Below, piece by piece: positions 23,698-33,404 of a DNA stretch of 36,522 nt (position 1 is its first letter; each line of letters begins with the position of its first letter). The notes beneath the pieces are model-generated. The model saw only the letters and a list, made by a program, of their open reading frames with translations. It ran no database searches and had not been told where the DNA came from. Source of the stretch: a virus (lineage: Duplodnaviria > Caudoviricetes); the IMG/VR virus record IMGVR_UViG_3300033067_001205, positions 1-36,522 of that record. One strand, given 5' to 3'. The translations under genes and the position numbers were made by a program.

Positions 23698-25605
23698 ATG
23701 AGTTCGAGCAGTTTTGGACAGCCGGTTGATTTGTTCGAACTCGAACAGCACCGTCTCAACAGTCTCGCAAATTCGATGGTCATGGCCATTTCAGAGGGGT
23801 TCGGGGACTACGTCGACACACGCGAATGGCAGCAGGACGACCCCTCTTTCGGGTTTGGTCGTGTTGGTTCGCCGATCCTCTACACGTCACTGAACGATCG
23901 AGATGACGGAAAATATCTCCCAATCTTTCAAACTCAGATGGATCTTGCCGCGATTCGGGCAGAGGCTCGCAATGTGACGGCGATGTCCGGTGGAATCATG
24001 GGGGCGCTCGGAACGCTCTCCAATTACACCTTGGGCGGTGGGCTCACCTTTCGAGTTCAGTGCGGGCCAACGTGCCCCGGGAACGTGTCACCAGAGACCG
24101 TGAAGTCTTTATGCGACGAAGCTCAAAAGGTGATCGACCGATTCCTGCGGGATAACAAATTCCAGAGCGACATGGACCGCGAAATTGATCAGCGCGCCCG
24201 CGAGGACGGAGAAGCGTTTGTCGAACTTTGCCTGTCTCCAGCCGGTCAGATTCGGGCTTCGTTTGACGAGCCGGACATGGTCTGTCAGCCGAGCAGCCCC
24301 GGGCCAATCGAGGACTGGCTACAGGAAAAAGATCCGCAAAGGTACTCGCCTGAATGGAACTGGTCGTGGTCCTTTGGGGTTCACTCAATCCGCAAAACAC
24401 CAGACGATCCGTTGGGTTATCACGTTGTTTACGATACGTCCGGATGCGATTGGGACTACGTTCCAGCAAGTAGAATGCTGCACATTAAACGCAACGTGCC
24501 TCGCAATGTAAAACGCGGTGTGAGTGATCTGTACTGGATCGCAAACGACGTCCAGCGAGAGGCAAAGATTCGCCGCAACACGGCAGATGGAGCAGCGCTA
24601 CAAGCTGCGATCGCGTGGTTTAGACAGCATGCACCGGGAGTCAATCAGGCTTCTGTTTCAGGAATGGTCAACGGAAACGCTGTTGGGACACGGAACCAAC
24701 GAACTGAAACTGGAACGCGTCCGACAAAACAGGGAAGACTACGCGGCGGAACGGTGGTTGACATTCCTAATGGAATGCAAGTTCTTCCTGGTCCTATGGG
24801 CTCGGAACGCAATTCGAACTTCATTCTCATCGCTCAGTACGTCGCCCGCGCGATTGCCCAACGCTGGGCGATGCCCGAGTTCATGTTCACGAGCGATGCT
24901 TCAAACGCCAATTACGCCTCGACACTGGTCGCGGAATCTCCGTTCGTCAAAGCTAGAGAAACAGACCAGCGGTTCTACAGTCAGGCGTTCATTGAGCTGG
25001 CATGGAAGGTGTTGCGACTGGCTCACGAAAGTGGGAAAGCGTTTAGGGGAATCGACAGTTTTGACATCTTGATGGAGATTCTGGAAATCACTGCAGAGGG
25101 ACCGCGAGTCTCTAATCGAAACGAGCTGGAGACACTGCAGGGGCACCAAATCGAGATCGACCGCGGCACATTGTCACTCGAAACGGCGGCTGCGGAAATG
25201 GGGCGAAATCTTGCGAAGGAGCAGGAAAAGGGAGCGAAACCGGCAAATGGCGCAGCAAATTCCGCAGGTGGTGCGCAAGGTGGCGCAGTAAATTCCGCAG
25301 CTAGTGCGCAAGATTCTGTGATTCAGGCAGGTGGGGAATTACTCGGAAAAAACATCCAGCAAGTTCGACGAATCGACAAGTTGCGAGATGGATACCTGGC
25401 GGCATTCAGGGACGGGACAGTCGACGAGAAATCAACGCGATTGGCGCTCGACGGGCTGGGTTATTCCAAGGCCAAGATTGATCTTTATCTCGATGCTGAT
25501 CCGGAAAACGACCCCGTTGACGAGCCTGTGTCGACTCCAGCGACAGAGTCAATCGAGACTCCGCACGCTGCGGACATGATCGCCGCTTGGGAGGTCTACC
25601 CTTAA
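23698..25605 (+). CDS. Portal protein
   Basis: Follows terL; EDGEAF, MLHIKRN..KRGVSDL and DASNANYAS motifs; C-terminal extension. Confidence 0.9.
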   Translation: MSSSSFGQPVDLFELEQHRLNSLANSMVMAISEGFGDYVDTREWQQDDPSFGFGRVGSPILYTSLNDRDDGKYLPIFQTQMDLAAIRAEARNVTAMSGGIMGALGTLSNYTLGGGLTFRVQCGPTCPGNVSPETVKSLCDEAQKVIDRFLRDNKFQSDMDREIDQRAREDGEAFVELCLSPAGQIRASFDEPDMVCQPSSPGPIEDWLQEKDPQRYSPEWNWSWSFGVHSIRKTPDDPLGYHVVYDTSGCDWDYVPASRMLHIKRNVPRNVKRGVSDLYWIANDVQREAKIRRNTADGAALQAAIAWFRQHAPGVNQASVSGMVNGNAVGTRNQRTETGTRPTKQGRLRGGTVVDIPNGMQVLPGPMGSERNSNFILIAQYVARAIAQRWAMPEFMFTSDASNANYASTLVAESPFVKARETDQRFYSQAFIELAWKVLRLAHESGKAFRGIDSFDILMEILEITAEGPRVSNRNELETLQGHQIEIDRGTLSLETAAAEMGRNLAKEQEKGAKPANGAANSAGGAQGGAVNSAASAQDSVIQAGGELLGKNIQQVRRIDKLRDGYLAAFRDGTVDEKSTRLALDGLGYSKAKIDLYLDADPENDPVDEPVSTPATESIETPHAADMIAAWEVYP

Positions 25606-26414
25606 TGGCCGGACTCAAAGATCGAGATGAAATCGCCGCGCCCATGCGGAATAAGATCGCTGCTTTGAACAAGCGACAGGCAGCAGAGTTTCGTCGTTTA
25701 CTGGGTTCTCCACCGGATCCCGCAAACGTTCCTCAATCGTTCTGGGATGGCGTGAAGAAGGAGAACGAAGAAGCGTTGCTCGCCCTGCTCCTGCTGTTGT
25801 TTCTCACGTCCTACAACGCTCACCGGACGTGGGGAAAGATGGAAAAGCCAAAGGATGACACCTCGCGGGACAAGATCGCTGAGCAGTGGACGACTGCCAG
25901 AGCGAAGGACGTAGCGGCGGGAATCAACAAGCGATCGATTGAAATGCTGGACAACGTCGGTCGTGGCTGGAGCTCGAAAACAAAGCGAGGTGTTGACGTT
26001 CCGAAGGACGAGATTGACCAGATCATAGACTCGATTTTTGGCGAGGGACGCGTCGACACAATCGTTCGCACTGAAGGACAGCAAGCCGTTGTCGAAGGCG
26101 GTGACGCTGGCGTGACTCACGGATCGAAGGAGTCAGGGATTAAGGTCACGCGATACTGGGGTCACGTCGGGAAGCGTTCACCGAATCACAGCAACGCGTT
26201 GATCAATCCATGTCCTGTGTGCTCACCGCGTGAAGGGTTGCCACAAAGCCGGTGGCGTGGACTGTGGCCGGGGCAATGCCATCCGGGTTGCGACTGCTTT
26301 GTTCTTTACCTTGACCAAGAAGGCTTTGTAATCGGGACTGACACACCTGGATTGATACCGGGAAATGCGCCGGGAATGGTTTGGAAGTTTCGGCCACAAG
26401 ATGCGATGGTATGA
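25605..26414 (+). CDS. Minor head/morphogenesis protein (Mu gpF/SPP1 gp7-like)
   Basis: Position after the portal; RV.TIVRTE, CPVC and HPGCDC motifs. Confidence 0.75.
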   Translation: MAGLKDRDEIAAPMRNKIAALNKRQAAEFRRLLGSPPDPANVPQSFWDGVKKENEEALLALLLLLFLTSYNAHRTWGKMEKPKDDTSRDKIAEQWTTARAKDVAAGINKRSIEMLDNVGRGWSSKTKRGVDVPKDEIDQIIDSIFGEGRVDTIVRTEGQQAVVEGGDAGVTHGSKESGIKVTRYWGHVGKRSPNHSNALINPCPVCSPREGLPQSRWRGLWPGQCHPGCDCFVLYLDQEGFVIGTDTPGLIPGNAPGMVWKFRPQDAMV

Positions 26415-26456
26415 CCTGATACACACTGCCAAGTGATTCAATTTCGAGGTGATCCC

Positions 26457-27617
26457 GTGCCCAAAACTTTAGTTCCGTTCCAAGTGTTCGAGTCCGTTTG
26501 CGGTGCTCCCGGTCGTGTTGACCGAGAGACTGGAGTCATCCACGGAGTGAAGATCCTCGGCAAAACGAGCCTCAACGGGCGAGAGTATTCCGATGCCGCG
26601 TTGCAGGATGCTGCTCAGCGTTACGCTGGAATGCGAGTCAACATTGATCATCCCGAGAAGCAGGCGATTAAGTCGGCACGTGGGACGATGGAACAGTGGG
26701 GTTGGCTGGAGTCGATCGAAGTTCGTGACGACGGTGTTTTCGGCGATTTGCATTACTTGAAGACGCATCCTCATACTGAGCCACTACTAGAGCTGGCAGA
26801 GCGACGGCCGGACAAGTTCGGACTGTCTCACAACGCAGACTGTAGCGGGTACCTCAACGGCCGCAAGCAAGTGATCGAGTCGGTCGACAAGGTTCGATCA
26901 GTCGATGTGGTTCAGAAGCCAGCCACAACTCAAGGTCTATTTGAGCACGAAGAGGAAGAGGAACAGGTTATGCCAAAAAAGACGTTCAAGGCCATTCTCG
27001 AATCTGCCCCCGAGGGGACCAAGGGGCGTTCCAATCTCCTCAAGTTGCTCGAAATGGACGGCATGGCAGACATGGGTGCAATGCCTGTTGAGGTCCCTGC
27101 TGAAGCCACCGCCGAGGATCAAGTGTGGGCAGGATTCCGGGCGGCCATTATCGGGATTCTCGATGACGAATCGCTCGACATTGCGACAACGCGAGACCAA
27201 ATCATGAAAGTGTTGGACAGCTATTCCTCAGCGTTTGAGTCGGGATCGTCGTCAGGTGGAGAGTCTGAAACACCAGTGACTGAGGGTGTCGACGAACTTC
27301 GCAGGGAAGTGAAATTGCTCCGGGCTGAGGGGAAAGCCCGCGATCTTCTGGAGCAGCACGACATTCAGGCAACATCCGGGAGAATCAAGGGCGTGGTTAG
27401 CGTCCTCGAATCTGCAGACGACTTGCAGGACTTGCTTGGCAGTTTCCCCAAGCGGTCTGCGCAGTCTGGTCAATCCACTGGTGTCAGCAAGTCTGAACAG
27501 CGCAGGCATGCTCAAAAGCCGTTGCGATCTGCTCCGCTCGTTGAGAGTGAACAGGAAGGCAATCAGTCAGCCTTGCCTTACAAGGATCACAAAGAACTTG
27601 CGAGGTTGATTCGCTAG
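26457..27617 (+). CDS. Prohead protease/scaffold fusion
   Basis: S.NGR.Y, NIDHP, GLSHNA and SVDVV..PAT motifs; acidic helical C-terminus; in-frame internal ATG at 26970 after GAGGAAGAGG. Confidence 0.85.
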   Translation: MPKTLVPFQVFESVCGAPGRVDRETGVIHGVKILGKTSLNGREYSDAALQDAAQRYAGMRVNIDHPEKQAIKSARGTMEQWGWLESIEVRDDGVFGDLHYLKTHPHTEPLLELAERRPDKFGLSHNADCSGYLNGRKQVIESVDKVRSVDVVQKPATTQGLFEHEEEEEQVMPKKTFKAILESAPEGTKGRSNLLKLLEMDGMADMGAMPVEVPAEATAEDQVWAGFRAAIIGILDDESLDIATTRDQIMKVLDSYSSAFESGSSSGGESETPVTEGVDELRREVKLLRAEGKARDLLEQHDIQATSGRIKGVVSVLESADDLQDLLGSFPKRSAQSGQSTGVSKSEQRRHAQKPLRSAPLVESEQEGNQSALPYKDHKELARLIR

Positions 27618-27699
27618 TCGTTTGCCGTTTCGAATATCGGTGTGTTGTTAGTGTCTGATTTCTACTCCTTAACGTCGTGATGACGCCGGGAACCAAATT

Positions 27700-28419
27700 A
27701 TGCCGACCTTAGTACGAACGCCCCCTGGCTTCGATCTGTTGAGCCAAGTCGTGGGCAAGATGGATCACTTCACCGCCTACAACTCTGCCGACGAATGGAC
27801 CACGGTTGCGACGGACTCCGGTACCGCTGCTGTTGGCGATTCAGCAAACGGCGAATTGGCGCTAAATCCGAGCGACGGGACAGTGGCTGACAACGATGAG
27901 ATTTACGTCAAGGCCACCAACGAAACGCTCCTGTTCGCGAACCACCGCGCGATCACCATGGCAGCTCTCGTGAAGTGGACCGAGGGTAACACCGACGATC
28001 TGAACGTCGCTGTTGGATTTATGAACGCTGTTGCTGCAAACAGCATCCTCGACGATGGCGGTGGACCGAAAGCGTCCTTCTCGGGAGCTGTCTTCTACAA
28101 GGTTGACGGCGGGACCGTCTGGCGCTGCCGTAGTTCGATCGGTACCACCTACACCGACTCGATCACCAATATCACGGCTGGCGGATCTGCCTATCAGTTG
28201 CTCGAAATTGAGTTTCGCGCGATTGACGCCACGCTGGGAGAGATCTCTTTCTTAATCGATGGCGCGGTCGTCAACGACTCGAACAATCGCCCGATTAAGC
28301 ACCAGATCACCTATACCGGCGCGACCGAGATGCAGGCGTTCGTTGGTGCCAAGAACGGGGCGGCTACAACCGTCGAGACTCTCAAAGTCGACGCGATTGC
28401 CTACTGGCAGAACCGCTAA
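27700..28419 (+). CDS. Putative capsid decoration protein (beta-sandwich/lectin-like)
   Basis: Between the scaffold and capsid genes; beta-rich with SFLIDG and LKVD motifs. Confidence 0.65.
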   Translation: MPTLVRTPPGFDLLSQVVGKMDHFTAYNSADEWTTVATDSGTAAVGDSANGELALNPSDGTVADNDEIYVKATNETLLFANHRAITMAALVKWTEGNTDDLNVAVGFMNAVAANSILDDGGGPKASFSGAVFYKVDGGTVWRCRSSIGTTYTDSITNITAGGSAYQLLEIEFRAIDATLGEISFLIDGAVVNDSNNRPIKHQITYTGATEMQAFVGAKNGAATTVETLKVDAIAYWQNR

Positions 28420-28514
28420 TTCTCAGACTCTTTCTCACCCCGGCGGTCTGAATTGTTTTCACCGCTTTCGGAACACTCAGTCAGGCCCACGGGCCGCAAG
28501 TAGGAGATTAGACA

Positions 28515-29690
28515 ATGGACTTCCGGGTCTTACGAAATTTACACCGGGCCGCAGTCTCTCGCACCAACCCTTGCCGAGAAACAGACATCGTTCGGTTTTA
28601 CAATGACTTCCGAACAGGGTTGATTGAGGGCGAAATTTCGTCCAGTGACTTCAGCCTGGCAGATGCCTTCGACAACTTCGTCGAAAACGGATTTCAATTG
28701 CGACAGGAGTTCAATCCTGAAAAGCGAGCGAATGCTTTCAATCTTGAGCTGTTGGAAGACAATCAGTACGTGAGCACAACCGCTTTCACGAATCTGACCG
28801 GGCAGATTGTCTACTCCAGAATCATGGAGAACTTCAAGGCGGCGGAATACATCGGCGATCAACTCGTTGAAACGATTCCGACCCAGTTCGATGGGGAAAA
28901 GATTCCCGGCGTCAGCTTGATTGGCGACAAGGCCGCTGTCGTTGCAGAAGGGAAGCCGTATCCGACCGCCGGACTGGCTGAGTCATGGGTGGAGACGCCA
29001 CAGACGGTCAAACGCGGTCTGATTGTGGGTGTTACTCAGGAAGCCATCTTCTTCGATCGTACGTACCTCGTTCTGAAGAATGCTGGCGAGGTCGGCGAAA
29101 CGATCATGATCTCGAAGGAGAAGCGAATCCTTGACGGCGCTCTGGGCATCTCCACGCTGTACAAGCGAAACGGCGCGGCACCTGCGGCAACGTACGGTGA
29201 CACTCCCTTTGACAACCTTTGTGCCAGCAACGCTCTCGTCGACTACACCGACATTGAGAACGTCGACCTGTTGTTCGAGGCGATGGTCGATCCGATCACT
29301 GGCGAGCCGATCACGGTGGTTCCGAACACGATTATCTACCCGGGTGCGCTCGACAAGACGGTTCGCCGAATCGTCAACAGTACCGAAGTCCGACAGGGCA
29401 CGTATAACGGAACGCCGGTCACTGTCTCGCAGAATCCGCTCGCACGTTATCAGTACAACCTGCTGACGTCGCCACAGGTGAAAGCTCGAACCGGCAGTGC
29501 CAGCACTTGGTTCTACGGTCAGCCGAAAAAGGCTTTCGCTTACATGCAGAACTGGCCGCTGACCGTAACACAAGCGCCAAGCAACAGCGAGGCTGAGTTC
29601 ACTCACGACGTGGTCTCACGTTTCAAAGTGAGCGAACGAGGCGCCTTCGCTGTCATTGAGCCTCGCTACATGGCCAAATCGACGGCGTAG
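28515..29690 (+). CDS. Major capsid protein (HK97 fold)
   Basis: AGGAG RBS; 391 aa; V.EG..YP, KRG.IV.VT.EAI.FD and PNTIIYP motifs; followed by a hairpin terminator. Confidence 0.88.
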   Translation: MDFRVLRNLHRAAVSRTNPCRETDIVRFYNDFRTGLIEGEISSSDFSLADAFDNFVENGFQLRQEFNPEKRANAFNLELLEDNQYVSTTAFTNLTGQIVYSRIMENFKAAEYIGDQLVETIPTQFDGEKIPGVSLIGDKAAVVAEGKPYPTAGLAESWVETPQTVKRGLIVGVTQEAIFFDRTYLVLKNAGEVGETIMISKEKRILDGALGISTLYKRNGAAPAATYGDTPFDNLCASNALVDYTDIENVDLLFEAMVDPITGEPITVVPNTIIYPGALDKTVRRIVNSTEVRQGTYNGTPVTVSQNPLARYQYNLLTSPQVKARTGSASTWFYGQPKKAFAYMQNWPLTVTQAPSNSEAEFTHDVVSRFKVSERGAFAVIEPRYMAKSTA

Positions 29691-29723
29691 ACGGATCCGA
29701 GTTTTACCGTCACGAAGTAGAGG

Positions 29724-29765
29724 AACGCCATCCGGAAACCGTCGTTCCGCATGGCGTTTGTTGTT
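29724..29765 (+). terminator. Hairpin/terminator after the capsid gene
   Basis: AACGCCAT.CGGAA / TTCCG.ATGGCGTT stem followed by TGTTGTT. Confidence 0.6.
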
Positions 29766-29776
29766 GGAACCGCAGC

Positions 29777-30262
29777 ATGAGCAAAAACAAAGGGAACAGA
29801 ATGGGAACCGTCACTCCAATTACTCCAGTGAACACCGAAAAGCAGGCTGAAGCCGCACCGCAGTCCGTCGAGGAGACGATGCCGAGCATTGAAGAATTGC
29901 TGGCAAGGAATCGCCAACTGGAAGCCGAGAAGGCTGCTGCACTGGAGCAGGCTGCTGGCTACAAGGATCAGGTTCAAGATCTGATTAACCGTAAGCCAGT
30001 CCCAGCAGAAATGGCGACAACCACAACCAAGCCGGTTTGGCCGTTTCACGTTGAAGGGCCGAACGGTCCTTTCGACTGCAACGTTGTCGACGAGTCCGAG
30101 GCGAAGCGGTTGTATTGCGTCAAGTTCCGAATCGACCCCAGTGTTGGCGTGCTGAAAGTCACCTGCACGGCACCGGGCGAACGTAAGGCGGCAATTGAAA
30201 AGCAGTATATCGCCGCTGGTGTTTCCACTGAACGGATTCCGGGCGTCAATCTCGGGGTCTAG
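29777..30262 (+). CDS. Hypothetical protein
   Basis: Operon ORF after the capsid gene; coiled coil plus a small domain. Confidence 0.7.
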   Translation: MSKNKGNRMGTVTPITPVNTEKQAEAAPQSVEETMPSIEELLARNRQLEAEKAAALEQAAGYKDQVQDLINRKPVPAEMATTTTKPVWPFHVEGPNGPFDCNVVDESEAKRLYCVKFRIDPSVGVLKVTCTAPGERKAAIEKQYIAAGVSTERIPGVNLGV

Positions 30263-30301
30263 TCGCTCGGTCGACTCAAGCCACTTCACACAGGCGGAAC
30301 C

Positions 30302-30547
30302 ATGGCCACAGTCCTGGAAAACTTGCAGACTCGATTGCAGCACGTTTCGGAAGAACTTGCTGCGCTCACCTCAACGTCTGCAGGTGGCAAGCCTGACGCC
30401 GGTAAGTCTGGAATCGGGCACGTGGCTTATCGAACGTCTCTGCTTCAAGAGATCAATATGTTGCAGGACGCGATCGACAAAGAGGCTCTCAACGCGACAG
30501 GCGGGGACTCTGTATCGTTCGAGATTGTCAGTGAGTATTCAACATGA
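30302..30547 (+). CDS. Putative head completion/adaptor protein (gpW-like architecture)
   Basis: Short helix-hairpin-helix pattern in the head-tail joining position. Confidence 0.6.
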   Translation: MATVLENLQTRLQHVSEELAALTSTSAGGKPDAGKSGIGHVAYRTSLLQEINMLQDAIDKEALNATGGDSVSFEIVSEYST

Positions 30548-30891
30548 GTGCCCAGATAGACTACTCACTCGATTGGCAGTGGTGGGACAATACCGAGTCC
30601 CTCACTGTTGAGCTATTTCGCTCTGCGGGGGCTTCGTCTGAGGTCTCTGTTTCAGCTGCATTCCGAGGTGACATTGAGCGAAAGGCCGTCGAGTTCTTCG
30701 GTCTGGAAGTCGTTCAGAATTCGCAGGTCTGGAGCGTTCCGGCATCGCTACTCGGTTCTGACGAGTTGCTGCAAGGCGACACACTCACCGATGGCGATGG
30801 CGTGGTGTGGACTGTCGAAGCGGCGACACTCAACACAATCGGGACTTCGAAACTGTTCTGGTCTGCGGTCACTAACAAGCAGCGGGCGTAA
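30544..30891 (+). CDS. Putative head-tail joining (stopper) protein
   Basis: GDTLTDGDGVVWTV beta-barrel pattern; synteny. Confidence 0.65.
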   Translation: MSAQIDYSLDWQWWDNTESLTVELFRSAGASSEVSVSAAFRGDIERKAVEFFGLEVVQNSQVWSVPASLLGSDELLQGDTLTDGDGVVWTVEAATLNTIGTSKLFWSAVTNKQRA

Positions 30892-30893
30892 CG

Positions 30894-31367
30894 ATGGCTG
30901 ACGAGTCAATCCTCTGGAGATGCCTGCAGGCGATTCAATCGCTGGTGATCTCGTTGCACTTGGACGGCATGCCTGACGCGAACGTGTTGGTTCAGAAGGT
31001 TCACAGTGACCACGAACGCTATCTGAACTCGACAGAGCCACTTCCCTGCATTCTGATTGCTCCGTACGGTCCCGAGGGCCTAGAAAGAAACGGCGGCACG
31101 AATCTGGAAAGCGACATCGTCTATCCCGTCAGGCTGATAATTCTGGACGTCGATCGACAGGATCAGGAAATCAACTTCGATCGTAACCTGCTGTGGCGAC
31201 AGCTGATCATCAACAAGCTGAACGACAGACGATTGGCGGGAATCACCGAGGTCCGACGCGTGACAGTTCAGCCGGGACCGATCGTTGATCCTGGTGGATG
31301 GTCGAAAGGGAAATACATCTCGGGAATCGGGCTTTCGATCGAGACGAGACAAGCGAGGATCCCGTGA
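30894..31367 (+). CDS. Putative tail terminator protein
   Basis: LPCILI motif, size, and position before the tail tube. Confidence 0.6.
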   Translation: MADESILWRCLQAIQSLVISLHLDGMPDANVLVQKVHSDHERYLNSTEPLPCILIAPYGPEGLERNGGTNLESDIVYPVRLIILDVDRQDQEINFDRNLLWRQLIINKLNDRRLAGITEVRRVTVQPGPIVDPGGWSKGKYISGIGLSIETRQARIP

Positions 31368-31801
31368 TTGAATTCGATCAGTTCTTTACGCAGATCGACA
31401 CGAATTCGACATCGCTAGATTTCACGGACGTGTTTGACGAGGTCTCAGACCTGCTTTGCAACAGTCACAGGGGATTCTTTGACGCACAAGCGGATCCAAA
31501 TGGCAACAGTTGGGTACCTCTCAGTCCAGTAACGATCCGTCGAAAGGGACACGCAATAATCCTGATCGAAACGGATGCGATGCGGGAATCAGTGATCAGT
31601 CGCAGTTCGCCTTCGCACGTTGAGCGTTTCGACACTCTCGGGATGGAGTGGGGAACGAACGACAAGAAGGGACCGTTTCACCAGTTTGGAACAATGCTGA
31701 TCCCGCAGCGTCAGTTTGTTGGTTGGGACGACGAAACAATAAACTCGGCAGTGGGCTTGATCGCTGACGACGCGGTCAAGCAACTGCTGTCAGGAATCTG
31801 A
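31364..31801 (+). CDS. Virion morphogenesis/tail completion protein (Mu gpG/P2 S-like)
   Basis: F..Q.DPNG.SW.PLSP.T..RK...ILIET..MRES..GTN....FHQFGT..IPQRQFVG signature. Confidence 0.85.
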   Translation: MIEFDQFFTQIDTNSTSLDFTDVFDEVSDLLCNSHRGFFDAQADPNGNSWVPLSPVTIRRKGHAIILIETDAMRESVISRSSPSHVERFDTLGMEWGTNDKKGPFHQFGTMLIPQRQFVGWDDETINSAVGLIADDAVKQLLSGI

Positions 31802-31815
31802 GTCGGGGGAACGAC

Positions 31816-32703
31816 ATGTCAACTGGTGCCGATGGGTGGGACAGTAATCTACTGATCGAGGCCGCACTTCCGTTTACGAGCGGCGCGACGCCTTTGCGTT
31901 ACAAGGCTGAGTCGCTGGCCAAGGCTTCCACGATCCTGAACGACACCGGGATGGACGGCAGCCGGTCCCAGCACTCGGAACTGTCTCGCTTCGGTCAATC
32001 TACCGTCTCTGGGCAAATCACACTGGACTGGTCGCCCACGTGCGGTGTTGTGCTGTTGCCGTTGATTCTCGGTGGTAACGCTTCAGGCACAACCTTCCCT
32101 CTGGCTGACACGCTTCCTGCGTGGCAGTACCAGATTGACCGGGCCACGAAGGTATTCACTTACACTGACGTGGTCGTCAACAAAGGCACGTGGAAAGGGA
32201 CGAGCGGCGGGCCATTAGAACTTATCCTCGACCTGCTGGGTGTCGACGAAAATGTCGGCGACTCTGGCAGCGGGCAGGCCTACACGGTCCCACTTGATCC
32301 CCCGTACGTGTTTTCTGACCTCACGATCACGGTGGCAGGAACCTCTCGCAGTATCTTCGACGTTGAGTTAAGCGTCGACAACAAACTCGCCGCGAGGTAC
32401 GCCAACAGCAATACACCGACACGAATCTCACCGGCCGACAAGCGAGAAGTGATGATCACTTTTACGACGCCGTTCGGTACCAGTGAAGTTGATATGTACA
32501 ACGCCGCGCTAGGTGGAATCGCGGTCGTTCTGACAGCCACAAACGGCAATTACTCAACCGTCTGGACGATGGCGAAAGTTCAATTCCCGGCACTAACGCC
32601 GGTCGTTCCAGGCAAAGGCGAGATTCCGTTGAAAATGACGGGCATTGCCCGCATGTCCTCAACGACTCGCGAGCTTGTGATAACTCACGATTCAACGAAT
32701 TAA
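31816..32703 (+). CDS. Major tail tube protein
   Basis: 295 aa, Thr-rich beta protein; position before the chaperones and tape measure. Confidence 0.8.
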   Translation: MSTGADGWDSNLLIEAALPFTSGATPLRYKAESLAKASTILNDTGMDGSRSQHSELSRFGQSTVSGQITLDWSPTCGVVLLPLILGGNASGTTFPLADTLPAWQYQIDRATKVFTYTDVVVNKGTWKGTSGGPLELILDLLGVDENVGDSGSGQAYTVPLDPPYVFSDLTITVAGTSRSIFDVELSVDNKLAARYANSNTPTRISPADKREVMITFTTPFGTSEVDMYNAALGGIAVVLTATNGNYSTVWTMAKVQFPALTPVVPGKGEIPLKMTGIARMSSTTRELVITHDSTN

Positions 32704-32804
32704 ATGAGCCATTCGTCGCAGCCCCCCAAGGCCATCGTCGTGAGACGCCGCTGAGGGGCGGCTGTTCCCGAACACCAACCGGGACCGTCGCCCGTTTTTG
32801 TTTT

Positions 32805-32870
32805 CGGCCACAACCATGCAGCAGGACGGACACTCCCTGAGTGTTGTTGCTGGTTGTGGCCGTTTCTTTT
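32805..32870 (+). terminator. Long hairpin terminator after the tail tube gene
   Basis: CGGCCACAACCA/TGGTTGTGGCCG 12-bp perfect stem with inner stems, followed by TTTCTTTT. Confidence 0.75.
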
Positions 32871-32891
32871 CCGTCCAAGAAAGAATGAACT

Positions 32892-33404
32892 ATGAGCCAA
32901 GTGCCCGTCACACCATGCGGATTTATTGACGATGGTTATTCGCTGCCGTTCTCGATTCCAGAGGTTCCGGGCGTCAGCATCGGTCTGTCGGGAACCTATC
33001 GACCGATGACGCAAAAGGAGCTTCAGAAGTTCTTGAAGTCACTCAATGTGGCTGCCAGTGACAAACCAGCAGGACAGGTGCGATCTTCGAAGGTGTCGGC
33101 AGAAGATGAAATCGACACGGCAGCATGCGAAGGTGTAGTCAGGCATTTGATTGATTGGAACTTACTTGATCGGGATGGAAACCCCGTTCCAATCACCACG
33201 GCAAATGTGAGCCGAATCTACCCGCCAAGCCTGCAGGCTAACTTGATCAACGTTGTCTGCGGAATGTCGGGACTATCTGACGTTACAACCAGTGTTGCAG
33301 TGGTGGTCGCAGACACAACCTTGAACACCGCCGAAAAGCTGGTCAAGGTCGAGAAGATTCTCAACGCAGACAAGCCAAGCGAGGCCAGCGACGAAAAAAA
33401 CTAA
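32892..33404 (+). CDS. Tail assembly chaperone (G-like)
   Basis: LIDWNL.D..G..VPIT..N motif; ends with GAA AAA AAC TAA. Confidence 0.8.
   Translation: MSQVPVTPCGFIDDGYSLPFSIPEVPGVSIGLSGTYRPMTQKELQKFLKSLNVAASDKPAGQVRSSKVSAEDEIDTAACEGVVRHLIDWNLLDRDGNPVPITTANVSRIYPPSLQANLINVVCGMSGLSDVTTSVAVVVADTTLNTAEKLVKVEKILNADKPSEASDEKN
33395..33401 (+). other. -1 programmed frameshift site A AAA AAC
   Basis: A -1 slip reads AAA CTA ATT ACC GGG GTG ATG..., in frame with ORF 33413-33808. Confidence 0.85.

Noticed and set aside
27618-28514. tRNA or other RNA genes in the head-region intergenic gaps
   Set aside because: No cloverleaf or T-loop GTTCRA context was found by eye, here or elsewhere in the window.
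28983-30343. Long minus-strand ORFs (207 and 225 aa) over the capsid region
   Set aside because: They fully overlap well-supported + strand structural genes and have shadow-like composition.
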